A DNA stretch of 48,195 bases. Origin: Aplysia californica (taxonomy: Eukaryota). The notes below the pieces were generated by a model, which saw nothing but the letters and a program-made list of their open reading frames with translations, was not told the origin of the DNA and did no database searches. Location of the stretch: NCBI RefSeq assembly GCF_000002075.1, contig NW_004797386.1, forward strand, positions 1,232,054-1,280,248, written 5' to 3'. A program made the position numbers and the translations under genes. Numbering within the stretch: the stretch's first letter is position 1; each line of letters begins with the position of its first letter. This document shows positions 36,201-46,647 of the stretch, one piece after another.

Positions 36201-39200
36201 GGGAGATAAGGATGATAGATGTTTAATAGGAAAGAAGAGGCAAACCACACCAGAGCATCCACCAACCACCCACTACTACTCATTGTGAAGGAGAAAAGGA
36301 GTAGTTTTAGACAGGTGGACGTACTGGACAGTGTCATTGTAGTATAAGAAAAACGTAAGGGCTGAAGTGGAAAGTGGTCGTTGGTACAGATAATTGTCTT
36401 GGACCTGTGGCCATAAGACCAAGTTCCACTGAAAGGATGACGAATTGTGATCGACCTTGAAAAATGAGGAAAGAGTAAAGCTGAAATCACTGAGACGAGG
36501 GCCAACATTATGTTTTGAGCCTGTGCAGGACAAAAACTTGTCCAACATAAAAATAGAATCAAATATATTGGCCCTTTTGGAAATTCAAACTAACCGAGGA
36601 GGAAATATTTTCATTTCAGGCTCGAGAGTAGGCTATGCGTTTAGCCCTGAATCCTGAAAAAAACATAGCGGAAGTCTTGTATTAGCTGCTTCACATGATG
36701 AGGGATCTATTTCTTGCTAACTGACAATTGTCTAAAATATTTATGATCAAGTTATCATGATGAAATGCAATTGCAAAGAAATAATGGGTAAGGTGATTAC
36801 AATTTGTTTGTAAAAAGTCATTATTCCTCCATTGCAATTTTTTTTAAAGAAAGAGAGAACGAGTCTCTTTTAAATCAGTGGACAAGAAAGGGCTGTGCAC
36901 ACACAAAGTCATGGGTTGACCTTTGGTAATACTATTGTGTTCTTCAAGTTAAAGGGTTCCACAGCTCATAAGGTTTCCTAGTTCTTAATCGGTCGCTTCT
37001 ACTTCTAAGCACAAGTGGGCTATCCCGGAAAAAGCTGTTTTGAGAAAATCGAAGGTAAAGTTTTTGGACCCTTGTTCAGTCTCTTTAAAAGACTAGGAGA
37101 GTTTTCTCTAAAACCAAATAAATATACACACCAATGAAATCAAACTTCTCCTATAGGTAGGGCAATGCCCACTTTTCGTGTAGGTCAAGGTTTCTGGAAA
37201 CCTCCAAAATCTGGGTTAGCCCGCTTGTCCTTAAAAGCAACCAATTGACAGCATGCATTAACTTGTCCTTTTTTGTCTAAATGTTTGTCCTATTTAAGGA
37301 CTTATGATGGTATTTTTATTGACCACAATGGTACTGGCACAGAATATATCATTTGCAAAAGAAATGGCTGAAATAACTTACAACAAGGATGACCTCATTC
37401 ATTCCGTCACTCAGGTCAGCCTTGAAGTAGCCTGCGACATATGCTAGCCACACTGACATGAATGAGCCAGCTCCTAGCAACCACTGATACAGTTTAGGAA
37501 GCTGAAAAGACAAACAATCATAAGAACAATTGTATGATACATGATTTAGTTTATTAGGAAATTAAAAGTGCTTGTATATTTCATTCATTAAGGCTAAAAA
37601 ACAAAGGTAACTTGCCGTCCTGTTAGGAAATGCACATCCTTGAAAAAGAATAAATTAAAGTCACTGAAATTTAAAATTGAGCCCAAGAAGTTTTCCAACC
37701 TTTAAAATCTGATCAAAGTTCAGCTAAAGCAAAACTTGTATTGCTGGTTTCAGTAGAGTCTCCCTCTTCCTCATTATTTTTTGCAAAACCACCTCACACA
37801 AATGTACCTGTGTTCATGCATGCGTACACATACTCACACATGATATACAAAGTCAACCCGTACTAGTCACTATTCATGCATTTTAATAAATCAAAACCAT
37901 GTCATATTCATTCTGAATATCTCATAATCTGTCAAAGTCAACTGCTATTCTTTTAACAAATTAGGAAACCCAATTTTCATAACTTAAATTCACAATAACA
38001 AACAGACTGAGGATATATATATAGGAGTCGAGTAAATTCAACAACAGCCTTGCCGGCTCTGACAACATGACCAAAAAGTCCCATCTGTTGTGCAGTTGAA
38101 GGGTGCTCTGGTGTGGTTTACTCTTAAAATTGTTATTATTATCACCATCATCAATATAATGCTATCATTATTAAAATCATCATTATCATTGCCATTGATA
38201 GCATTAAGTTGTTTTTTTGTTTTGATTTTGTTCTTCACTGAATGAAATATGAATATATTATACATGTGATAAATCACAAACCCTTTCATACAATTATGGA
38301 GGAAAGGATGTCGAAAAAAACAAACATTGTAAGTTGAAACTGATGTGAAGATTGAGTCTCTACATCTTTCTTTCCCTTTCTTGCAGGGATGTGACCGTCT
38401 ATAAAGAGAAAAATGCAATAATTGAGCTTATACATCATATTTCCACACCTTAAGCCATGAGGAGATTGGTCTTATAGATGTAACTCTTGATAGAATGATA
38501 AAACGAAAAATTGAGATTGGGCATCTGATTTCCTCATGGAAAGACAAGGGTGGCGATCTGGGGGAGGTAGCTTCAACATTTATGTATATGTATGGATTGA
38601 AAGACCTTATCTAGCCTTTGTTCTGATCATATACGGTCAGCTGCAATGCAGGTTTCAAGGAGTGTCCTTGTGTGACATTTTTATTATTTTATAAAATATT
38701 GTATTTATTATTTAAACATTATTTTACTAAAATTACTTTTTGTCAGTGTTATTGTTCTTAGTATTATTATGATGATGGTGATGAAAATGATTATTTGCTG
38801 TAATCATTGTAGTAGGCAAATTCCAGGTTAAAAATCAGAGATACTGGTTGGTTAAAAGTAGAACCAAACGGGGGGGTGATAAATTCATAGACAGGTTAAA
38901 GAAGTTAAAACAGCACCTAAACTTCGATGGCTGGTGCATCTACAAATAAATTATTGATCGTCAGGTGGTCGTCCCAAGCCTGAGTAAACGCAGAGGGCAA
39001 CTTTTATTTAGCATGTAAATTGTAGTAGTCTTTAGTAGACGAATAGAAAGGAACATCGTGGTAGACAACCAAATTGGCTGATACAAAAAAATTCTCCTGC
39101 TTGCTCCATATGTATTTATAAAACAGTTAAGCACATCATGCAAAAATAAGGACAAACTATAACCACTAAAATATTTTTAAAGCAGCCAACGACAGTCCCA

Positions 39201-42110
39201 AGCCTGTGTAAACGCAGAGGGGGAAAAATAAGTATGTGGATTATTGTAGTAGACAAGTTTAAAAATATACACACAGTGGTATAGACCACCAAATGGACTT
39301 GCTCAAGAAAAATATTTTTCTTCTTGTATATATTATGTATGTGTAAAAGATCAGCTGACTGCATCGTTTCGGTCATATTTTAAAAAAAAGTAATACGTTA
39401 TCAATTGACTCATCATGCATAAATAGCATGTTTTATTGTTACGATAAAGCAAATCTAGTTCCAATAAGATCAGATCTGGATTTGATGCACACACTTCCGT
39501 TCTGATATCAGCATCATAACTGCATTTTATAAACTAAATTTAAATTATGTTTTCCATCAATTCCCAGACAGTTCTTTATTCTGTGTTCACTAGAAAAAAT
39601 AAATGCGACGGTTTTGCGAACTAAGAATGAAAAATTATACAACATTCGTGGACTGCAGTACGGTAGCTGCTTTAAAAAAATAAAAACATGACAAAATTGT
39701 AAATGAATGACTATCTATAAAGTTGAAGCTCTATCATCATTCTTTCCAGTGACACCAAATAGTTTGTTCTATGTTGATTAGAACTAGAGATATATGACGT
39801 TTAGTTTACAGATCAAGTTTAGTCACATTTAATTTGCACAAATTAATTAACATACTTGGACTCATTCTTTACCTTCTGCGCCCCCTAAAGTTTTATTTCA
39901 TCATTTCATTACTTTGATGGTTAACTTAAGGCAAAAACTATACAATATTTTTAAACTATCGCTAGTTCATACACTTTAAAAGGTTTTGCTTCAACATTTA
40001 GATAACGAGTTCAGATATTATCGTAACTATCAGTGATATATATATGCCCTTTTCAGTTAATTTGCATAAATATATATCAAGAAGTTAACATAAATATTTA
40101 ATGATCGCCTGCTCGTACACTTTATAAAGTTTCATCTCATCATTTCGATCATTTTGATGTTGGGGTTTTATTAAGAGGTTTACAGAAAATAATTAAATTA
40201 AGACCAACGATACAAATTTTTGTTATTTAAAGATAAATTTAAACCACATTTAATTTGCATTCGTGAACATATCACTTATTCACATTCATTACTTTGTACG
40301 CCTCCCAAAGTTTTATTTCAACAATCTATTATTCTGATATCCTATATCTCATCATTGGGTTTTTATTCTAATTATTGTCAGCCTAAATACATGTAGGCCT
40401 ACTGCAAATTGTCCTTTTTTCGCTTGACGAATCCAGTTCGCAAAAATTAACTATAATAGTTAAACGAATGCTTGCTCTTTACTTTATACTTTAAAAGGTT
40501 TCGTCTCATCATTTCAGTCGTTTTGATGTATGGATTTAGGGGTATAGTTCCATAAAATAAAAAATAACAGTGATTTGCCCTTTTAGGCTAATTTGCATAA
40601 ATTAACATAAATCATAACGATCGTAATAATTAGCAACTACACTTTATCAAAGTTTCATCTCAACATTGGGGTCATTTTGAAATGGAGGTTAAGAGGTTTA
40701 TTATTGTAAACTTAATAAGAATCAGAGATTAAACTTTTCTGTATACACAGATCAATTTAAATCATCTAATTTGCATAATAAATTAATATACTTGTACACA
40801 TTCATTACCTTGTACGGCTCCTCAAGTCTTATTTCTACAATCCATTATTTAATCATAATGTCTGGGTCATTGTTGTTTTTAAAAATTATTTTAGGCAAAA
40901 AAACGTCAAACATGTCCTTTTTTCTCTATGAATCTGATTAATTTGCATAAATTAACAAAATATTTTAATGAATGCTTGCTCTTATACTTAAACAGGCTTC
41001 GTCACAACATTTAGGTCGTTTTGATGTATGGGTTCAGGGGTATAGTACGATAAACAACAGCGGTATGCCTTTTTCAACTTAATCAATTTTTCGGTCACAA
41101 TTTTGACGTCATTTTTTTCTCTGTTTAAATAATCATTTTTGCGTTACAAAAGAAGCCATGGCGATTGTTAAGATTCCCGCGTTTAATTCCGATGTGCGTT
41201 TTTCATACCCTCAGGCATATTTCGCTTTGGTCCCTAACCTTAACCCTAACCCTAACCCTAACCCTAACCCTGGCCCTAACCCTAACCCTAACCTAGGGTT
41301 AGGGACCAAAGCGAAATATGCCTGAGGGTATGAAAAACGCACACATCGGAATTAAGGCCACCTCTATTCTCACCCGGAGTGAGAATAGTGCAGGCGAGTC
41401 TTGTGGCTATTCTCACCCGGTGCGCGTTCACCCTAAACCACAAAATTCTACACTGTGATAACAGAAAAATTGTAGAATTCTGTGCCGTGAACAAACGTTC
41501 CATTACAATTGTAGCCTACTAAAAGCGAACAGTTTTGTCTGTGGGCAGTGGAGAGAGAGAGAGAAAGAGAGAGAGGAGTAGCGCGAGAATTTCCGGGCAA
41601 AACAAAATGGCGACCCGCGTAGTTCGGCTCGATTTGAAAAGTTAAATAGCCGTAGCATCTTTGTAGACAACCAAATTTATTTACTTTTGTGTTTTAACAT
41701 CATTTTTTAACTTTGTTTTGGTCAATTTGATCGTCCACACCGATAGACAGTATTCAGAAAGAGACGGAGAGAGAGAGAAGAGGGGAGGAGTTGATCTTGC
41801 GAGAACTTCCGGGCGGGTGAGAATAGCCACTTTCCGGAATTAAACGCGGGAATCTTAACAATCGCCGAAGCCATAACTTTAGTTCTAATTATCATAGAAT
41901 GATAAATTTGGCACCACTGGAAAGCATTTCTCAAGCTGCATCCACCTATTGTAAAATTTTTCATCTGTGATAAATTTGAAATTTTCATGAGACATAACTA
42001 CCTACCTCATCAACTCATTTCATTGCTACTGCATCATCTAAAAAATTTTTAACATTGTGATTCAATTGTAAAAATATAAAGGAGTACATATGCCGGTCAC
42101 TTACCCCCAT
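33255..42110 (-). CDS. DPM3: Dolichol-phosphate mannosyltransferase subunit 3, 5 coding exons, 99 aa
   Basis: Exons (minus): 42110-42105 (ATGGGG|gtaagt), 37501-37382, 35669-35640, 35055-34978, 33320-33255; all phase 0, GT-AG. Protein: MGLPKLYQWLLGAGSFMSVWLAYVAGYFKADLSDGMNEVILVLPLYLLMVFACFSLAVVGYRVTTFNDCVEASEELKQQVAEAKADLEAKGFKYASDWK. It has two TM helices, the GYRVxTFxDCxxAxxEL motif and a C-terminal coiled coil. The 6-nt first exon is the least certain part. Confidence 0.93.
33425..33635. mobile_element. piggyBac-type MITE, second copy
   Basis: TTAA flanks; similarity to 22752-22999. Confidence 0.8.
34030..34425 (+). mobile_element. Family B: ~300-390-bp I/Nimb-type LINE 3' UTR or SINE (representative copy)
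   Basis: ...AGGCCATTCCCAAAGGGG...TTGACATCCACCCCTTGGCGCTCATATGAC...GTAAAAC. Other copies at 768-1160(-), 2355-2686(-), 28654-29043(-), 47367-47664(+). Isolated tails at ~30078, ~45436 and ~46773. Confidence 0.8.
34430..34625 (+). mobile_element. Third tRNA-derived SINE family with I/Nimb-type tail (second copy at ~27885-28020)
   Basis: Both copies share CATGYAGGAGACC...GGCAGGGTC-GAAGCC-GCCTCCTAARTGATCTAA. The 27885 copy keeps A/B-box-like motifs. Confidence 0.6.
34681..34860 (+). mobile_element. Family A: ~170-bp headless retro-element with I/Nimb-type 3' hairpin (representative copy)
   Basis: GTGGGTGGTTGGCGGGTGCTCTGGTGTGG...GGCACTYATATGACCTTAT...GTAAAAC(TAAAAC)n. Other copies at about 2808-2988(-), 3480-3644(-), 4802-4961(-), 6765-6946(-), 10579-10751(+), 10885-11071(-), 26396-26575(-), 28425-28589(-), 32455-32579(-), 33777-33957(-), 35443-35605(-), 36096-36273(-), 44961-45092(+), 47018-47192(+), 47665-47843(+). 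Confidence 0.85.
35800..36095 (+). mobile_element. Ingi/Nimb-like LINE 3' fragment
   Basis: IIFRLRTQHTRL...CQCGEADQTVEHTFQHC zinc knuckle followed by a (GAA)n tail. Confidence 0.8.
38902..39003 (+). ncRNA. Twister ribozyme-like motif, copy 1, degenerate, with P3 insertion
   Basis: AAGTT...GCACCT-(insert)-AGGTG-GTCGTCCCAAGCCTGAGTAAACGCAGAGGGC-AACTT. P1 is AAGTT/AACTT, P3 is CACCT/AGGTG, and the L4 and GAGGG core match copy 2. Confidence 0.55.
39172..39230 (+). ncRNA. Twister (P1-type) ribozyme-like motif, copy 2, partly degenerate
   Basis: TTTT-TAA-AGCA-GCC-AAC-G-ACAG-TCCCAAGC-CTGT-GTAAA-CGCA-GAGGG-GGAAA. It has the UAA cleavage loop, GUCCCAAGC L4, P4 ACAG/CTGT, T1 TCCC/GGGG, T2 GC/GC and the GAGGG core. 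P2 has two mismatches. Confidence 0.7.
39820..41095. repeat. AT-rich diverged tandem array, ~170-230-bp units
   Basis: AATTTGCA(T/C)A at ~39831, 40059, 40252, 40590, 40768, 40940, each followed by an AAAGTTT(C/T)AT(C/T)TCA-like motif. Confidence 0.7.
41160..41866. mobile_element. Non-autonomous DNA transposon, Merlin-like (32-bp TIR, 8-bp TSD), containing a (CCCTAA)n hairpin
   Basis: Perfect TIR GGCGATTGTTAAGATTCCCGCGTTTAATTCCG. TSD GAAGCCAT at 41152-41159 and 41867-41874. The GGNRM terminus with an 8-bp TSD fits Merlin/IS1016. Confidence 0.8.
41232..41304. repeat. Interstitial telomere-type repeat (CCCTAA)n ending in an inverted TAGGGTTAGGG
   Basis: About 10 CCCTAA-like units followed by CTAGGGTTAGGG. 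Confidence 0.9.
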
Positions 42111-42567
42111 CACAGCTAGATTAAGATTAGCTATGCACGGACCAGACTCATCACAGTCTAACTGACGCAATTATTGATGTGGCACCGCGAGCGTGACAAT
42201 GTAAACAAAAGCCGGCAGATTACCCAAACTTTTTCACGTCGAATGGGAAGCAATGTTTTTTCAACAGCTGTGAGATGAGTGGCGGAGTGGTGTCCCTTCA
42301 GGTTTTTACACGACACCTGCCGTTCATTTCGACACTCGCGACAGGCAATATTTTGCGCTTTCTAGCGTTTTTCTGTTTTGAGCAACACCACTTCCTGTCT
42401 TTTGCTATACAATCTTCATCGATGACCCCAGACGCCGCTGGGCAACTTCTCATAAACGAAACCCCACCCCTTCCTCGTCGACGAGTCAACTCCCCCTCAC
42501 AAACACATTAAATTTGCCTACCACCGGCTGTTGCGTTTTCCTGCGGTGGGATCGTGTAACTGCCGTG
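42111..42567. promoter_or_regulatory. Bidirectional promoter between DPM3 and SLC35C1
   Basis: Only 457 bp separate the divergent ATGs. CpG-rich, with TGACGCAA (ATF/CEBP-like) at 42163, CACTTCCTG (ETS) near 42390 and CCCCACCCC (Sp/KLF) near 42462. Confidence 0.7.
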
Positions 42568-45500
42568 ATGTGGAAGGATAACGAAGGCTCATCAAGGGGA
42601 CGTTACCATTCACGCAGCAACGTTGACACATCAATATCACAACGCATCAACATGGAATCGCTTGTTTCTAAGTACATCAGAATTGCCTCCGTGGTGGCAG
42701 CATATTGGTAAGTATTACTTTTCCGTAGAGGTTTGTGCTCTTTTATCAATCCCTCTACATTTGTGAGTTGTTTTGAAAGTGCACAGGATGCTGATACTTT
42801 CGTTTGCAGTTTCAATGAGCTCAACAAACTGCTGAGTGGGCCGCCCGCCTCTGAGATGAGGGACTTTTGCAGATTTTGTTGAAGACTTTACTCTAAGAAA
42901 ACTGGTCTAAGATAGCACTCCACTCAACAGAGTGTCTAAACATAAACTGCAATTGAAAAATGTTACGTGGCAGGAGAGAGAGAGAGAGANNNNNNNNNNN
43001 NNNNNNNNNNNNNNNNNNNNNNNNNNNNNNNNNNNNNNNNNNNNNNNNNNNNNNNNNNNNNNNNNNNNNNNNNNNNNNNNNNNNNNNNNGGGGGGGTGTT
43101 TACAGATTGTTAAGCCCATGCTTATAATAGAGTTAGATATCTAGATCTAGATCTCTAGATCTAGTTTCACATTCTGATGAAGTGTCAAAATTAAAACACA
43201 TCTTTACTTGAAAAGAATGGGTTCATGGAGGGCTTCCAATCATCTGCAAGAATCTACAAAAAGATGCCTAAAATACACACTGCATTGATTGTATAGAGGC
43301 CTAAAAGTAAAAGGTTACAAAAGATCTTCTCTGTGCAGCAGATGTAAGTTCACGTCTCAATGCTTACTAGATCTAGAATCTATGTTAGACTTCTGCATAG
43401 CATTTTGGCACTAATACTGACCACTCCAGACATTTTATTCTGTTCTTGAGTGGTGCAAATTCTCATCCTTTTGAACTACTCTAGGTGTTAGCAGTCTGTT
43501 CTTGGGAATGGAAAAAAAAAGTCTGCCCTATCATGTTCAGTAGTTTTAATTATAGGATACCACAGGGCTCTGTATTAGGACCATTTGTACACAACACCAC
43601 TTAGTTCCATCAGAAAAAAATCAGAATAGTTCTAAATCACTTTTGTATAGACGGCACCCAGCATGTCCTCAGAGCCAGAGAACATGCATGCATCTAATAG
43701 CTAGCTCAAAGATGACAAATGTAGACAAAGACCTAGATGGCATCCCAACAAAATGAGGTTAAACAAAGATTATTATATATATATATATAAGACTGAACAA
43801 ATAATTTTATACATCTTTGGGTCTTTGGTGACACAATTTGATGTGACTAATCATGTCATGATCTTGTTGTGGGAAATGAGAGATTGATTTTTAAAGCAAA
43901 GGCCAAAAATTATGGCCACTTTTTGGGCAACTTTTGCCGCTTTTTGTGGCAACTTTTGGACAAAAAAATGGCAACAAACGCAGAAGCTAGATATATAGTA
44001 GATATATAGTCATATCATTCATAAACATTAGGTTTTATTTGCTGGTTTGTTTTGTACATTTCAGGACCATCTCCATTTCCATGGTGTTTGTGAACAAATA
44101 TCTGCTGAGCAGTGAAAGTGTCAAGGTGAGTTGTACCTTTTTTTTATTACTGGCTGGGCCCCTTTTCGATGAAAGGGAATGAAGGGTACATTTACATCAA
44201 TGGAAAGTCTTTGGCCTACTATATTTGCACTCTACTGGAATGGAGTAATAAATCCTGCGAGATGAAAAAAACTATAATCTAAACTATCTATATAGTAATG
44301 TATAGATTGATTCTCTATTCCGCTTTTGTGGTTGAACACTCCAGAATTTCAAAGGTGGGGAAAAAGTACGCACGGCTAGTGAATGGAAACCTCACTTGTT
44401 TACAATGGCGTCTTCTTAGAAGATGGACTTTCTCAAGATTAGATCTAAACGAAACTAATGAAAAACTGAAATTTAAACTACGGTGACTTCAGGCTTTTCA
44501 ATAGAAATGTGCACCATTTTAATGATTCTGAACCACCATAAATTTTGTCAAATTCGAAAGTTAAGTGGTTCTGAAGTTTTAGGCAGCCAAAGTGACGAAC
44601 TTTCACAAATATTATATCATGTAGAGATAATGACTGCCTTTGTTTACAATTCTTGGTTTTTGTGAAACGAATAAAGAACTAAAGAATTGCTTTTCAAATA
44701 CAGTTGAAAATTTATTTGTATGAAAACAAAGCCATTTACTTCAATATTGTGTACGATACAAGGCTAGATGTTTTTTTTCTTTAAAAAAAAGATAGGAGTT
44801 ATTGTGTGTTTACCAAGTTCCCTTTCAACGCGGTGTGATCTAAGAGAGAAAGGACTTCAATTTTATTTCCAAACTAATTGCCTACCTCTGTTAGAGCTAA
44901 GCTAAGAGGATGTGGAGAGCATCTTGTTTAAATTCGTCTGTAATAATAATAATGGATTGCATTTATCTCCCCTTCTTCTTTTTTATGTTTGTTACTCTCT
45001 TGTAACACTGCTAATCTTCTGGTGCTGATATGACCTTATATATATATATATAAATGCAGTTGTGAGTGCCGTAAAACCTCTACTAAAACAAAAAAGACTT
45101 TTGTGACCAATTTGTGTTGCAAGTGCCGTAAAACTCTTATGGTACAAAAAAGACCACAACTGTCTGTTTGAAAACCCTGCGGGGTCCACATCTGGCTAAA
45201 CAAAACATTGGTTTTGAGATACCAAGCAGGCCAAGATAAAGATTGTTTTGAGCTGTTGGGTAAGCTGTTTCTCTTTCCCGTCCATGTCTTCAGTGGTATA
45301 GTTCTTCTCATTCATCGTGTTTTAGTTGTAACATTTTTTGTATGTTTTTGTCATGTCTTAGCCTTATCTCTGTTTCTCCTTAGGGAATTTGTCAACACAC
45401 AAACCCAAACCTAGACCCCCACCCTTAGATAAGCTATTTTTAGTTTTAGTTTTAGTTTTAGTAAGGTTTTACGGCGCTCGCAACTGCACAAGGTAAGCTA

Positions 45501-46414
45501 TTTTTAGGATCATAGATCATTGATAACAATGATATTAATTGTTATAGTGGAGATAATTTCTTTAGTGTTTCCTCTTGTACAGTATAGCTCTAGGGGATTT
45601 ACAATAGCTTGATGTTAACACAAAATTCATGTACTTAAACATACATGCATACATAAGCGTTGTCTTAAGATTAACACTAGCGCATAAGCTGACATTAATA
45701 CTACCACAGTCCAAATAAATAATAATATTATAATATGATGTAAATAGTAAGTACGAAATTAAGTAGCACGAAGAAATATGCTGGCTCATCATATCAGCAA
45801 TGTTTGATAATTTATTTTTGCTTTCTTTTCTTCCTCTCCAGTTGAATGCGCCAATGTTCATCACCTGGTTTCAGTGTGTGGTCACTGTTCTGCTTTGCTT
45901 CCTGCTCAGTATCGGGGGACAGCTGTTCCCACAGTTTGTTTCGTTTCCTGCTGTGAAGCTGGAAGGCAAGCTGATCAGAGCTGTGAGTCGATCCTACTTT
46001 TTGTTTGCCCCTTTTTTCCCTCCCTTTCTTGTCTTAAAGTATGAATTAGGCCTACATCTACTTTCCATTGTGGGCTTATGAATTAGAAATGTTGAGACCA
46101 TGAAAGAAGCCTACAAGCTGCAGTCTTCCACCCCCCCCCCTCCCCCCTCCCCCCTCCCCCACAAAAAACAACAACGAAAAAAAAGCACAACATTTTTTTT
46201 CCAGGAAAATGATATTCATGATTTGTATAAAATGTATGCTGTATTGAAGAACAAACTATTTTGATCATGTATGATAATGTTGCGTTGTTGTCCCCAGACC
46301 CTGCCCTTGTCCATCGTGTTTGTGTCGATGATCACGTTCAACAACTTGTGCCTGAAGTACATCGGTGTCGCCTTCTACTTCGTCGGTCGCTCGCTCACCA
46401 CCGTGTTCAATGTG
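42568..46414 (+). CDS. SLC35C1: GDP-fucose transporter 1 (5' part; gene continues beyond the window)
   Basis: Exons 42568-42707, 44065-44125, 45842-45982, 46298-46414, GT-AG and in frame. Translation ...[48 protein letters not shown]...[39 protein letters not shown] matches the SLC35C1 signature. Confidence 0.95.
43490..43770 (+). mobile_element. Decayed CR1/L2 reverse-transcriptase fragment
   Basis: [10 protein letters not shown] motif (ggataccacagggctctgtattaggacca) followed by a degenerate YADD region. Confidence 0.55.
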
Positions 46415-46481
46415 GTAAGTTCCTACTTGTGTCTGTTTCTCTATCTCAAATTTTGTGCCCATGTTTTCCGCTAACCACGAT

Positions 46482-46647
46482 AGTAATAATAATAAATGAC
46501 ATTTGTATAGCGCTCAACCCCGATTAAAGTACACAGGCTCTGAGCGCTTTACAATACCGTACAACGTACAACAGTAACATAAAACGTTGTGTTCTAACTG
46601 AAAGAAAATTACTCCAAATATTCATCTTGTTAATTTAAAAACAGAAA
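46482..46647 (-). mobile_element. L2-like LINE 3' end, same family as 1426-2010
   Basis: Direct sequence similarity to 1433-1600. Confidence 0.8.

Larger units (their letters stand above)
38800..39370 (+). repeat. Diverged tandem array of ~215-225-bp units containing the twister motifs
   Basis: The block TTGTAGTAG...GTGGT...ACCAAA recurs at ~38807, ~39020 and ~39245. GTCCCAAGCCTG..TAAACGCAGAGGG recurs at 38971 and 39195 (224 bp apart). Confidence 0.6.

Noticed and set aside
38455-38680. H/ACA snoRNA-like fold (CCATGAGGA/TCCTCATGG stem, AGACAA, terminal ACA)
   Set aside because: It is antisense to the host DPM3 intron, too long, and the second hairpin is unconvincing.
41232-41304. Chromosome end-to-end fusion scar
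   Set aside because: The telomeric repeats lie within a TIR/TSD-bounded transposon inside an intact gene's intron.
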